Assembly: GCA_001819815.1 (NCBI GenBank)
Contig: MHNO01000010.1
Span: forward strand, 67,847-126,811
From: Candidatus Ryanbacteria bacterium RIFCSPHIGHO2_02_FULL_45_17b
GTDB taxonomy: Bacteria > Patescibacteriota > Minisyncoccia > Ryanbacterales > 2-02-FULL-48-12
Length of the DNA: 58,965 nt
Reading direction: 5' to 3'
In this document: positions 28,928 through 37,706 of the stretch, one piece after another
Layout of the letters: each line of letters opens with the position of its first letter
Position numbering within the stretch: position 1 is the first letter of the stretch
Translations under genes and position numbers: made by a program
Notes under the pieces: model-generated
Seen by the model: only the letters and a program-made list of their open reading frames with translations
Database searches by the model: none
What the model was told of the DNA's origin: nothing

Positions 28928-29107
28928 CTAGAGACATCACACTATAGAATCGCACTCCATAAGACATTCGGAGGCGAAACCTCCGAAAATAGCTACTTGG
29001 TAAGATGAAGTCATGGATATATTTTCGGAGGTTTCGCCTCCGAATGTCTTAACGGTTCATCTGTTTTTTCCGCTTCTAAGCGCGATTTCATAGTGTGATG
29101 TCTCTAG
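28928..29107. repeat. Nested inverted-repeat (MITE-like) element between the CotH and VTC genes
   Basis: The outer 18-bp arms are perfect: CTAGAGACATCACACTAT (28928-28945) and its reverse complement at 29090-29107. The inner 31-bp arms are also perfect: AAGACATTCGGAGGCGAAACCTCCGAAAATA (28961-28991) and 29020-29050. Each inner arm also holds its own CGGAGG/CCTCCG hairpin. Confidence 0.85.
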
Positions 29108-31413
29108 TAGGCAATAAGACGCGAGTATTCATCGGCTACGCTATCCTGTTTATTGTCGATAAATATATTATCTTTGAGATACGCGGTTCCTCCTTCTTTG
29201 AAATGAGGTTTTTTTCGATAGAGTCCGATTGCAATTTCATTTGCTTCCATACGATTGTTCATAATCGTTGCAACTGATTGGTCTTTTACCGCAATGCCAT
29301 ATTGGCAGTTCCTGATGCTATTCTCTTTTATAACCGGCTTTGATATTTCTCCAATACTTACACCTTTGTCACTGCAACGTTCCACCGCATTGGAGAGCAC
29401 CTTTATATCGGAAAAGCTGAGATCTATCGCATCACCGTTTTTATCAGGAATAAAATTTTCTGAATAGGAAAATGTATTATGCGCTACAAGCGATTCTTTT
29501 GCGGCAAAATCAATATCAATATGGTCCGCGCTGTTATCTAAAAATAATGAATCCCCAATGCGAGCGGTTCCCGTAACCACATGAATACCATCATCGGCTC
29601 CGGCTCCTTCAATAAACCCATCGTGAAATTCAAAGTCGGCAGCATGCAAGGAGAGCATACCGCTGAAATATATGCCGTTTACTGTTGTGTCTCTGCCGCC
29701 TTGCAAACGGACATGCCGGAACATGTTTTTTTCTTTCCCGGTATTTATGACGGCAAATACTCCCCATTTGTCGTTTGCAAAAAACGGCCGCATGGTAATC
29801 GGTTGAGAGACCGTGCCCGGAGCGTTTATGGGGCTATAGGAAATAAAAGAAACGGAATCACTAAACAACAGATGTGCCCCTTCTCTGATAACAAGGTGAA
29901 GACCGGTGGGCACAATAACATCGCGCGTAAATGTGTGGGTGCCCGGCAATAAGATTATGGTGGTAGGATCAGCGCCCGCGGTAAATTGCGGATTTTTCGA
30001 GAGAAATTCACTTCGCGCGGCATTAATGGCAATGAATGACGCATACGCATCCGTTTTGAATGGCTCGCCAAGGGGATATGATTCCTCCGCAAAACGCAGA
30101 GCAAGGCCGCCATGTTCAATCATTGATTTAAGCGCGGAAAAATTATGTTCAAAAAGCGCGCGATCTTTTTTAATGGCGCTGGCAACTTCGAAAGATGTTG
30201 TCAGTTTTTGCGTGTCGCGATAGGCGGCTGGTCGAATCTGATTGGCGATTTCATCATAATAAGCAAGACCGTCGGGAAGAAAACCAGGATCTTCAAGATA
30301 GGAACCCGCAAATGCTTCAAAATCAGCCTTAAACGGTTCATGTCGAAGGATCCTGTTTAGAAGGCGGTTTTCACCCACATCAATTGAATCTGTAATATTG
30401 ACGAATATGCTGTCAAAAAATATGGATTCGAATTTACCGGTGGCCGGATTGAAATAAAGATTAAGATTTTCGTCGTTATTTTGATTAATTCTGCCGGAGA
30501 GCAAGGCCGCAAACGCCCATCGGAAAAATTGGTCTTTATCCAAAATGGTGAATATTTCATCCGCGAACATTTGTTCAGGGGCATTCGCCGTAAGTGCGGT
30601 AAGATATGCGAGTTGGGAAAATGATTCAGCAGGCATGGTTTCATCAAAGCGGTTTTGCCATTTTGAAAGCCCTTCGGGGCGCAGAAGGTCATTATGTGCT
30701 GGATTTTCTTTATCAGGAGGCATGTCGCGTTCGGCGAATATGGGGCCGAATGGTTTCCGTCGATTTTCCAAAAAAGACTCTTCCCATCCCTCTAGAAGGA
30801 TATAAACTCCCATATCGGAATTATTTAGAACAACGCGCGCCGGTTTTACGTCTGGTGTCATAAGATTCAGGCGATCCGCAAGATATGCCCACAAATAGGG
30901 TTGTACCCACCCTTTATCATCCGGCAACATGAAACGGTAGGCAGTTCTGCCATCCAACGGAGTTTCTGCGGGAAGACCAACTTGCCATGATTTTTTGACT
31001 GCGCTCCAGTGTGGCGATGTTTTGCCGCGGTAGCGAATTTTCGCGTCCGTGGTTACATAATTATTATGGCGAAATTCAGCTTTAACCGTTTTTTTTGACT
31101 CTTCGTACAAACGGCTTTCATCCGGATAATCGGGAAGGTTATTCAGAAGATTAGATCTATCATTGCGGCTGGTATATATTTCATAGACAGGCAATTGCCC
31201 TCCCCCATACAACATGCTGGCAATTACATAAGGAATATCAATAACTTTTTTAAGCGAACGCCACGCAGGCGCAAAATGCCGAACAAGCGGATTTGGATTG
31301 TATGAAATAATATCAAGCCGCGCAGTAAAATCGGCAATATAATCCGTGAAAACAAGGGCAACACCAAAAGAAACAAGAAGAATGAATGTGCCCGCAACCG
31401 CGATGCGTTTCAT
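29104..31413 (-). CDS. CotH kinase family protein with an N-terminal membrane anchor and a C-terminal right-handed beta-helix domain
   Basis: Signal anchor MKRIAVAGTFILLVSFGVALV. CotH-like core (VVLNNSDMGVYILLEGWEESFLENR, FFRWAFAALLSG). C-terminal parallel beta-helix repeats (DNSADHIDIDF, GDAIDLSFSD, CSDKGVSIGE, NCQYGIAVKD). The stop codon lies inside the outer IR arm. Confidence 0.65.
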   Translation of the reverse strand: MKRIAVAGTFILLVSFGVALVFTDYIADFTARLDIISYNPNPLVRHFAPAWRSLKKVIDIPYVIASMLYGGGQLPVYEIYTSRNDRSNLLNNLPDYPDESRLYEESKKTVKAEFRHNNYVTTDAKIRYRGKTSPHWSAVKKSWQVGLPAETPLDGRTAYRFMLPDDKGWVQPYLWAYLADRLNLMTPDVKPARVVLNNSDMGVYILLEGWEESFLENRRKPFGPIFAERDMPPDKENPAHNDLLRPEGLSKWQNRFDETMPAESFSQLAYLTALTANAPEQMFADEIFTILDKDQFFRWAFAALLSGRINQNNDENLNLYFNPATGKFESIFFDSIFVNITDSIDVGENRLLNRILRHEPFKADFEAFAGSYLEDPGFLPDGLAYYDEIANQIRPAAYRDTQKLTTSFEVASAIKKDRALFEHNFSALKSMIEHGGLALRFAEESYPLGEPFKTDAYASFIAINAARSEFLSKNPQFTAGADPTTIILLPGTHTFTRDVIVPTGLHLVIREGAHLLFSDSVSFISYSPINAPGTVSQPITMRPFFANDKWGVFAVINTGKEKNMFRHVRLQGGRDTTVNGIYFSGMLSLHAADFEFHDGFIEGAGADDGIHVVTGTARIGDSLFLDNSADHIDIDFAAKESLVAHNTFSYSENFIPDKNGDAIDLSFSDIKVLSNAVERCSDKGVSIGEISKPVIKENSIRNCQYGIAVKDQSVATIMNNRMEANEIAIGLYRKKPHFKEGGTAYLKDNIFIDNKQDSVADEYSRLIAY

Positions 31414-31463
31414 CAGTATATGCTACTATAAATTACTCAAAAAGTAAACCCTATTCTTATATT

Positions 31464-32747
31464 TTATATCATTGCCAGTTTTTTCTGAAAAAGGAAAAAA
31501 GCCAGAAAATAATTGAGGATAATTCCCGCGACGCGCACGGCAACCGCACCCCACAAACCATAGAGAGGAACAAAAACAAGGAAGGCCGCTATTTTAGCAA
31601 CAGGAGGGATGGTGCTTATGATAAACAATTTTTTAATATTACCTTCCGCTTTAAGCGCGCTGGTTGAGATGTTTAGTGGAAAAAAGATAAGGGAAAGAGC
31701 AAGGATTTGGGATGGGAGAATTGATTCCGTGTATGCTGGAAACAAGTAGTGATAGAGTACGGGAGCTGCGAGTATGTAGGCGAGAACGGCCGCCGCAGTT
31801 ACGGGCAATGAACGAAGAACTTTTACGCGAATAGCGCCTTTTAGTTTATCGGTTGTTTCGGCATTTTTTGTTTTCATGGCTATTTTGGGAAACACCATGG
31901 TTAATACCAAGTCAAACAATGTGCGAATTTGTTCTATGGGTGCTATTGCAAAGGAATATACGGCAAGCGTAGAGGGGCCGAGAAAATTGAAAAGTAAAAT
32001 TGCGTCTATGTTGTAGGCGACATTTGGAATAATATCGAGAAGGGTTAGGTGATATCCGTAGGTGAGAGATCCGGGTTCTGTGGGCGCGTTGGCGGGTATA
32101 TTTCGAAGAGATTTTATGGAGTAGATAATGTTTGGCAGACCGTGTCCGATGTAGCTGGCTCCTAGAAGAATGGCGAGGCTGATATTGATTGAAGCATGTC
32201 CATAATAAATGGCAGCAAGAGCGGTTGCCATGAGCAAGCCGTAGAATATGTTGCCCGATATGTTGCGCAGGGCTTTTTGTTTGAATTCTTTTTTCCCGTC
32301 TAAATATGCCCGCCATGTTCCCAATCCTTCTACGAGTGGCGCGAGCGCGGCGGCTACCACAAAGCCAAATGCGAGAGAAATGTTTTGCGGAAAGAAAAAG
32401 TAAAAAAAGGCAAATCCAAACCCAACAACCGTCATGCCGAAAGAAATGAAAAACATGCGCCATGCGGCATCACGGAATGTTCCTTCATAACCGCGCGCAA
32501 CACTGCGCATAACAGATGTCGCAAGGCCGGGGAATGTGAGGATGCTAAACATTCCCATAGCGCTCATGACGTAGCGAAATTCCCCGTAGACGTCCTTCGT
32601 GAGATATTTAGCATACGCCACGGAAAGAAAAAGAAGCACAAGCATGCTCATTATTTTGCCGAAACTCAGCCAAAAACCGTTCGTAATCATGTATGCCGAA
32701 TCAATTTGCAATAATCGGTCAGTGAATTTTCTGATGCGTTGTAGCAT
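31464..32747 (-). CDS. Wzx-like oligosaccharide flippase (MOP superfamily)
   Basis: 427 aa with about 12 TM segments, and the typical N-terminus (NGFWLSFGKIMSMLVLLFLSVAYAKYL). Confidence 0.7.
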   Translation of the reverse strand: MLQRIRKFTDRLLQIDSAYMITNGFWLSFGKIMSMLVLLFLSVAYAKYLTKDVYGEFRYVMSAMGMFSILTFPGLATSVMRSVARGYEGTFRDAAWRMFFISFGMTVVGFGFAFFYFFFPQNISLAFGFVVAAALAPLVEGLGTWRAYLDGKKEFKQKALRNISGNIFYGLLMATALAAIYYGHASINISLAILLGASYIGHGLPNIIYSIKSLRNIPANAPTEPGSLTYGYHLTLLDIIPNVAYNIDAILLFNFLGPSTLAVYSFAIAPIEQIRTLFDLVLTMVFPKIAMKTKNAETTDKLKGAIRVKVLRSLPVTAAAVLAYILAAPVLYHYLFPAYTESILPSQILALSLIFFPLNISTSALKAEGNIKKLFIISTIPPVAKIAAFLVFVPLYGLWGAVAVRVAGIILNYFLAFFLFQKKLAMI

Positions 32748-32798
32748 TATTTGTGTATTATATCAGTATGGTTTTTGCTATGATATAGTCATTGTTTT

Positions 32799-34175
32799 AT
32801 GACAAGAAACGACTGGACCAAATTTGCGTTTTTGAGCGCGTTTGCTATCGTGATAAGTCTTGGAATTGGATTTCTAAGTGGAACGTTGCTGCAAACATCT
32901 TTTGCAGATTATCACGATGATTCAAGCGCCTATATAAGAAGCGCCCGCGCTATACTACATGGGGAGTTTGCGTGGGAGGATGCAGAAGCGTTTAAGAAAC
33001 CGCCCGCGTATTCGATCTTTCTTGCGTTCGTGTATGCGATCATAGGGGAACAGCCGCGCTCTGTTTGGTTTATACAGCTTGTTTTATACATGTGCATACT
33101 ATTTTTTTGGTATCGGATAGGTCTAGAATTACTAAAAGAAAAATCGCACATATGTTTTTTTCTTTTATTGACAACCGCGTATTGGGGTCTTGTATATTAC
33201 GTTTTTAAAATTGAGTCGGAGCTGTTTGCTTTATTTCTTGTAACGGCATTCCTGTTCCTTTTGTTTCGGCGAGAGAATGAGCTCACATGGAAAAACACGG
33301 TTTTGGGGGGAGTAATTCTTGGTGCGCTCATTCTTACAAAGCCGATTTTTTTGTATGCCACCCCTTTTATTATTTGTTTTTTTGTGTGGGACGCATGGTG
33401 GAATGATCGCAAACGCGCAGTCGCACACGCACTGGTTTTTATAGGCATCGTCGCATTGCTGGCGGGTAGCTGGATGACTCGGAATTATCTAGTAACAGGT
33501 GATTATCAGATTGAGCAGCACACGGGACATATCATATGGGGGCGCGGTGCCATTGCAGAAGCGTCATGGCGCGATATTGGCGCCTATACCATTGCCTCCA
33601 TTGGTGGTGATCTTATTGCAGATATATTTATTTCTGGGTATGCGGAAGATCCTGTACCGCTTGCAAGCCGACGTCAAGTCCTCGAACGCATGGAAACAAT
33701 GAGAAATAATGGTGTGAGCGAGTATGATAGTAATGCGTTTTTTCTTACGGGTGGAATAAAAAAGATATGGCAGAATCCTTTTGGATATGTTGTCAGTTCT
33801 ATTCCCATCCTATTGGAGTTGAACGCGCCTGTTAACCATCGCGGATTTTCTCTTGCACATTTGTTTGTAGGAACACATGAAGAAATCCCGCATAGTATAA
33901 AACTTGTTGTTGTGGGTATGTTTCGTGCGGGATGGTTGCTATTTCTTGGGGTAGTTGTGTATGCTGCAGTGCAGGCATGGAGAACCCGCAATAGAAGATG
34001 GTTTATCCTTATTTTTTTCACGATTTACGTTAACATTGCCTATGCTCTTGTCATTACACCCATTGAGCCACGATTTTTAGTGCCGGTGTTGCCATTCTAT
34101 TTTATATTTTTTGTTGTTGGTATTCAGTCATGCTTGACGCGCGTTAGAAAGATATATAGCGTAGAAGTATCATGA
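32799..34175 (+). CDS. GT-C membrane glycosyltransferase #2 (ArnT/PMT_2-like)
   Basis: About 12 TM segments, an early loop DDSSAYIRSARAILHGEF ... KPPAYS, and TKPIFLY. Confidence 0.7.
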   Translation: MTRNDWTKFAFLSAFAIVISLGIGFLSGTLLQTSFADYHDDSSAYIRSARAILHGEFAWEDAEAFKKPPAYSIFLAFVYAIIGEQPRSVWFIQLVLYMCILFFWYRIGLELLKEKSHICFFLLLTTAYWGLVYYVFKIESELFALFLVTAFLFLLFRRENELTWKNTVLGGVILGALILTKPIFLYATPFIICFFVWDAWWNDRKRAVAHALVFIGIVALLAGSWMTRNYLVTGDYQIEQHTGHIIWGRGAIAEASWRDIGAYTIASIGGDLIADIFISGYAEDPVPLASRRQVLERMETMRNNGVSEYDSNAFFLTGGIKKIWQNPFGYVVSSIPILLELNAPVNHRGFSLAHLFVGTHEEIPHSIKLVVVGMFRAGWLLFLGVVVYAAVQAWRTRNRRWFILIFFTIYVNIAYALVITPIEPRFLVPVLPFYFIFFVVGIQSCLTRVRKIYSVEVS

Positions 34176-34954
34176 AAGTCGTTATTTTATGCGGAGGGCA
34201 GGGAACGCGCCTTCGGGAAGAAACCGAATATCGTCCTAAGCCGCTTGTTATGGTGGGAGATCGGCCTATTTTGTGGCACATTATGAAGTTGTATTCTCAT
34301 TATGGTTTCAATGAGTTTATTCTCTGTCTTGGCTACAAGGGCGACATGATAAAAAATTATTTTCTGAATTATGACGAACTTGCGCACGATTTTACCCTAC
34401 AGCTTGGTTCTGGCAAAAAGGAAGTCCATCATCATGCCAATAATACCCCTGACTGGAAAATAACATTTGCCGATACCGGCCAGGCATGCGAAACCGGAAG
34501 CCGTATCGCGCGTATTCAAAAGTATATTGGGGATGACGAAGAATTCTTTCTTACCTACGGGGATGCGGTAACGGATGTTAATATTTCGGACTTGTACCGG
34601 CATCACCGCGAAAAAGGAAAAATGGTTACGGTAACAGGTATTCAGCCACCCAATCCATTCGGAGTAATTGAGGCGCGAGAAGGCGTAGTTACGTCGTTTA
34701 CGGAAAAGCCGCAGTCGCAAGACTGGGCAAACGGCGGTTTTTTTGTGTGCAACAAACGCGTGTTTGCGTTTTTATCTTCTGATGGTTCTGTTATTTTTGA
34801 ACAAGGGCCTCTGCGTCAGGTCGCTTCTTTAGGGGAACTTGCGATGTATCACCACAATAAGTTTTGGCATTGCGTAGATACGTTTAAGCACTTGGAAGGA
34901 TTGAACGCCTACTATAACAAAGGTACGCGCCCTTGGATGGTGTGGGAAAATTAA
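34172..34954 (+). CDS. rfbF: Glucose-1-phosphate cytidylyltransferase
   Basis: MKVVILCGGQGTRLREETEYRPKPLVMVGDRPILWHIMKLYSHYGFNEFILCLGYKG matches the RfbF/DdhA N-terminus almost residue for residue. Confidence 0.9.
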   Translation: MKVVILCGGQGTRLREETEYRPKPLVMVGDRPILWHIMKLYSHYGFNEFILCLGYKGDMIKNYFLNYDELAHDFTLQLGSGKKEVHHHANNTPDWKITFADTGQACETGSRIARIQKYIGDDEEFFLTYGDAVTDVNISDLYRHHREKGKMVTVTGIQPPNPFGVIEAREGVVTSFTEKPQSQDWANGGFFVCNKRVFAFLSSDGSVIFEQGPLRQVASLGELAMYHHNKFWHCVDTFKHLEGLNAYYNKGTRPWMVWEN

Positions 34955-36000
34955 TACAGCATTTTTCGCATATCAGGGTCATAAGGAATCAGCGGCTCGC
35001 CGGTGGTTATTTTTTTTACAAAGTCCGGGTTTGCGAGAATAAAGCGGCCATAGGTTACTAAGTCTACAAAACCGTCTGTAATTTCTTTTTCCGCTTCTTC
35101 TGGCGGCAAGCTCGCGCCTGCCATGATAATATGGGGCCACAACGGGCGGGCCATGCGGACAATTTTTCCCGATGTGGAATGATAAATATCTAACGTGTCG
35201 CTTCGGGCACAGCTGATGTCTAGAATACGCAAACCAAGTTTATCCAATTGAGGAATGAGATACGCAAGCATAGTATCCATATCGGGCCATTCATACAACA
35301 CTCCTCCCATTTCACGCGAAGGGGAAATACGAAGCGCGGTTCGTTCGGGTCCTGCAACATCAAGCACTGCTTTGGTAACTTCCAAACCAAATCGGCAACG
35401 ATTTTCGACCGAACCACCGTACTCGTCGGCGCGTTGATTGATGCGGCTATCAAAAAACTGATCAATAATATATCCGTGTCCGCCATGAATTTCTACGCCA
35501 TCAAACTCTGCCAGGAGCGCTTTTTTTGTTGCGTCGCGGAACATATCAACAATTTCAGGAACCTCATCATGTTCCAGCGCGCGCGGGGTGACCATGGGTA
35601 CTTGCATGTGCGGGGCGTTTCCTTCCGGACGCACGGCGGAGGAAGAAACGGGAAGCTTGCCGCCGAGGTAATCAGGGTGGGATATGCGCCCGCAGTGCCA
35701 CAGTTGGCAGAAGATTTTTGCGCCGTGGATGTGCATCGCATTTGTAATTTTTTTCCATTCCGCAACCTGTTCGTCGGTATAGATATATGGCACATTGGGA
35801 TACCCGTCGCCGTTTGGGTGAATAATGGTGCCCTCGGTAAGAATAAGCCCTACATCGTTTGCGGCGCGGCGCTCATAATACGCGCGCATGAGATCGGTGG
35901 GGTTATGGTCAGCATCCGCAAAGTTTCGTGTCATGGCAGACATGACTACGCGGTTTTTGAGCGAGAGGCCGTATTTGGAAAATGGTTCAAGGAGTTTCAT
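34951..36000 (-). CDS. Old Yellow Enzyme family NADH:flavin oxidoreductase (ene-reductase)
   Basis: LKNRVVMSAMTR, HGAKIFCQLWHCGR, GVEIHGGHGYIIDQFF and RADEYGGSVENRCRF. Confidence 0.85.
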   Translation of the reverse strand: MKLLEPFSKYGLSLKNRVVMSAMTRNFADADHNPTDLMRAYYERRAANDVGLILTEGTIIHPNGDGYPNVPYIYTDEQVAEWKKITNAMHIHGAKIFCQLWHCGRISHPDYLGGKLPVSSSAVRPEGNAPHMQVPMVTPRALEHDEVPEIVDMFRDATKKALLAEFDGVEIHGGHGYIIDQFFDSRINQRADEYGGSVENRCRFGLEVTKAVLDVAGPERTALRISPSREMGGVLYEWPDMDTMLAYLIPQLDKLGLRILDISCARSDTLDIYHSTSGKIVRMARPLWPHIIMAGASLPPEEAEKEITDGFVDLVTYGRFILANPDFVKKITTGEPLIPYDPDMRKMLY

Positions 36001-36925
36001 GGAATAGGTTTTGAAAATAATCTTTTTGCAAATATTCTCCCAGCGCTTCCCGCCAATTTCTCATCCTGTCTAACCCCTTTTCTTGCAAACGTTTATTTTT
36101 CATCACGGCACGGTTGGGGCGTTTCGCTTTTTCTTTATATTCATCTGCCGATATTTTTGTAATAGTAATTTTATCGCTAATATCGAGTATTTGCACCATC
36201 GCGGTTGCTAATTCAAAAAATGATGCTTCCCCGTGGCTCGCCATATGATAGATGCCATTTTTTTTGTTCTCAAGCAACACGGTGCAGTTTTCCGCGAGGT
36301 CTTTTGTGTATGTTGGTTGCCAAACGCGATCACTAACGGAAATTGTTCGCACGTTTTCGTTTATGCTTTTTTTAAGGACGGACGCGAATTTTCCCACAAA
36401 GTTTTTATCTTTTTCAAATCCGCCAAAGAATCCGCCCATGCGTACTATAAGCGCGTCTGGCAATTCTTTACGGACAAGTTGTTCCGCTTCCCATTTTGCT
36501 TCTCCATATAAGGAAAGCGGGTGAGGTGTTGTTTCTTCGGTGATGGGATTCTCCGCGCCATCGAAAATAAGAAACGATTGCGGGTAACATAATTTTGCTC
36601 CAGTTGCTTTCGCAAGTTCAATAATGTTTTTTGTTCCCCCGAGATGATTTTCAAAACAAGCATCGCGATTCTCTTCGCAAAAATCCGCGTTCACAATGCC
36701 TGCACAATGAATTATGTAATCTGGTTTCCATTCCTGTTCCCGGAGCACCGTGTCGCGGTTGGCAACATCAAGCGCGGCGTGATCCAAAGCACGGACGAGA
36801 TATCCTTTTTCAGAAAGATGTTCCGCAAACGCACTCCCGAGCATTCCTCCGGCGCCTGTTATAAGCACGCATTTTTGAGTTGTGTCCATACGGAGCATGG
36901 TAGCGTATGTAATTTCTATTGACAA
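35987..36925 (-). CDS. RmlD-like SDR (dTDP-4-dehydrorhamnose reductase family)
   Basis: VLITGAGGMLGS, LDVANRDTV, IIHCAGIVNADFCEEN, and YGEAKWEAE (YxxxK). The start may be one of the internal Mets at 36898 or 36889. Confidence 0.7.
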   Translation of the reverse strand: MSIEITYATMLRMDTTQKCVLITGAGGMLGSAFAEHLSEKGYLVRALDHAALDVANRDTVLREQEWKPDYIIHCAGIVNADFCEENRDACFENHLGGTKNIIELAKATGAKLCYPQSFLIFDGAENPITEETTPHPLSLYGEAKWEAEQLVRKELPDALIVRMGGFFGGFEKDKNFVGKFASVLKKSINENVRTISVSDRVWQPTYTKDLAENCTVLLENKKNGIYHMASHGEASFFELATAMVQILDISDKITITKISADEYKEKAKRPNRAVMKNKRLQEKGLDRMRNWREALGEYLQKDYFQNLFHETP

Positions 36926-36983
36926 TACATGTTATATTTGGTAGGAAGAGTGAGACTTTGTTTGACAAGAAAGGAGGCTAGAG

Positions 36984-37670
36984 ATGGCTAAAGAAGGATT
37001 TACTGTAGAAGATGCCGAAGCAGAGGTTAGGGTTTTGATGGCGGACAAACATTCTTCTGAAGCGAGAAGTGGTATGGTGGCGTTTGACAGTAGTACGCTC
37101 TATACTAGAGATCCGGTGATCCACGATTTTGAAAGGCCTGTTATGCAGGCTGTTCTTCAGAAGCTCGCGTGTTGCGCTGAATATCATGCAAGACTTGGCA
37201 ACCTGCATGAACTTCAAACACTCACGAAACTTAATGTTTCTTGTGAGATGGTGGGGTTCAGCACGGATGGACGTGTGTATCTTGTACAGCGCCCATCGGT
37301 GGAGGAAAAGCCGGATGAGCCATATCCTTTAAAGTGGCACGCGCTTGGAAGTGGTGTGGAGCCCTATGAACACTGGGAAGATGTTTTTGTGCGGGTAGCG
37401 AAGAAGTTCGGGAAGCATGTGGTGCTTGAGCATACCCAATATGTCCCGCCGATAGGCTATCCGCTGATTGCGCATGATCCGCCGCGTGGTCCGTATCTTC
37501 TTTGCATCTTTACCACCCATTTATACGGTGATCCAACTAATCCCCGTGGCCGGTTTTTTTCTCGAGATGAAGTATCTAAACTTGATCTTGTGGAATCGCA
37601 CCGGAATATCATCCTACCCACGGCATTTCGTTGGTACGACGAGATTTGGGGTGGGGCCGGAAGTGTATGA
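36984..37670 (+). CDS. Hypothetical protein, Nudix-fold-like with a badly degenerate box
   Basis: A strong RBS (AAAGGAGG) lies 7 nt upstream. VYLVQRPSVEEKPDEPYPLKWHALGSGVEPYEHWEDVFVRVAKKFG resembles a Nudix core but lacks REUxEE. Confidence 0.55.
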   Translation: MAKEGFTVEDAEAEVRVLMADKHSSEARSGMVAFDSSTLYTRDPVIHDFERPVMQAVLQKLACCAEYHARLGNLHELQTLTKLNVSCEMVGFSTDGRVYLVQRPSVEEKPDEPYPLKWHALGSGVEPYEHWEDVFVRVAKKFGKHVVLEHTQYVPPIGYPLIAHDPPRGPYLLCIFTTHLYGDPTNPRGRFFSRDEVSKLDLVESHRNIILPTAFRWYDEIWGGAGSV

Positions 37671-37706
37671 TTTGGAAGCAATGAAACAAAACACAGGAGG
37701 TGAAAA

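Noticed and set aside
31912-32463. A 183-aa minus-strand ORF in an alternative frame within the flippase gene.
   Set aside because: It is an overlapping frame of a well-formed 12-TM Wzx-like ORF, and its Arg/His-rich composition is implausible.
35248-36162. A 304-aa + strand ORF.
   Set aside because: It is entirely antisense to two well-supported genes (OYE and the RmlD-like SDR), and its composition is not protein-like.
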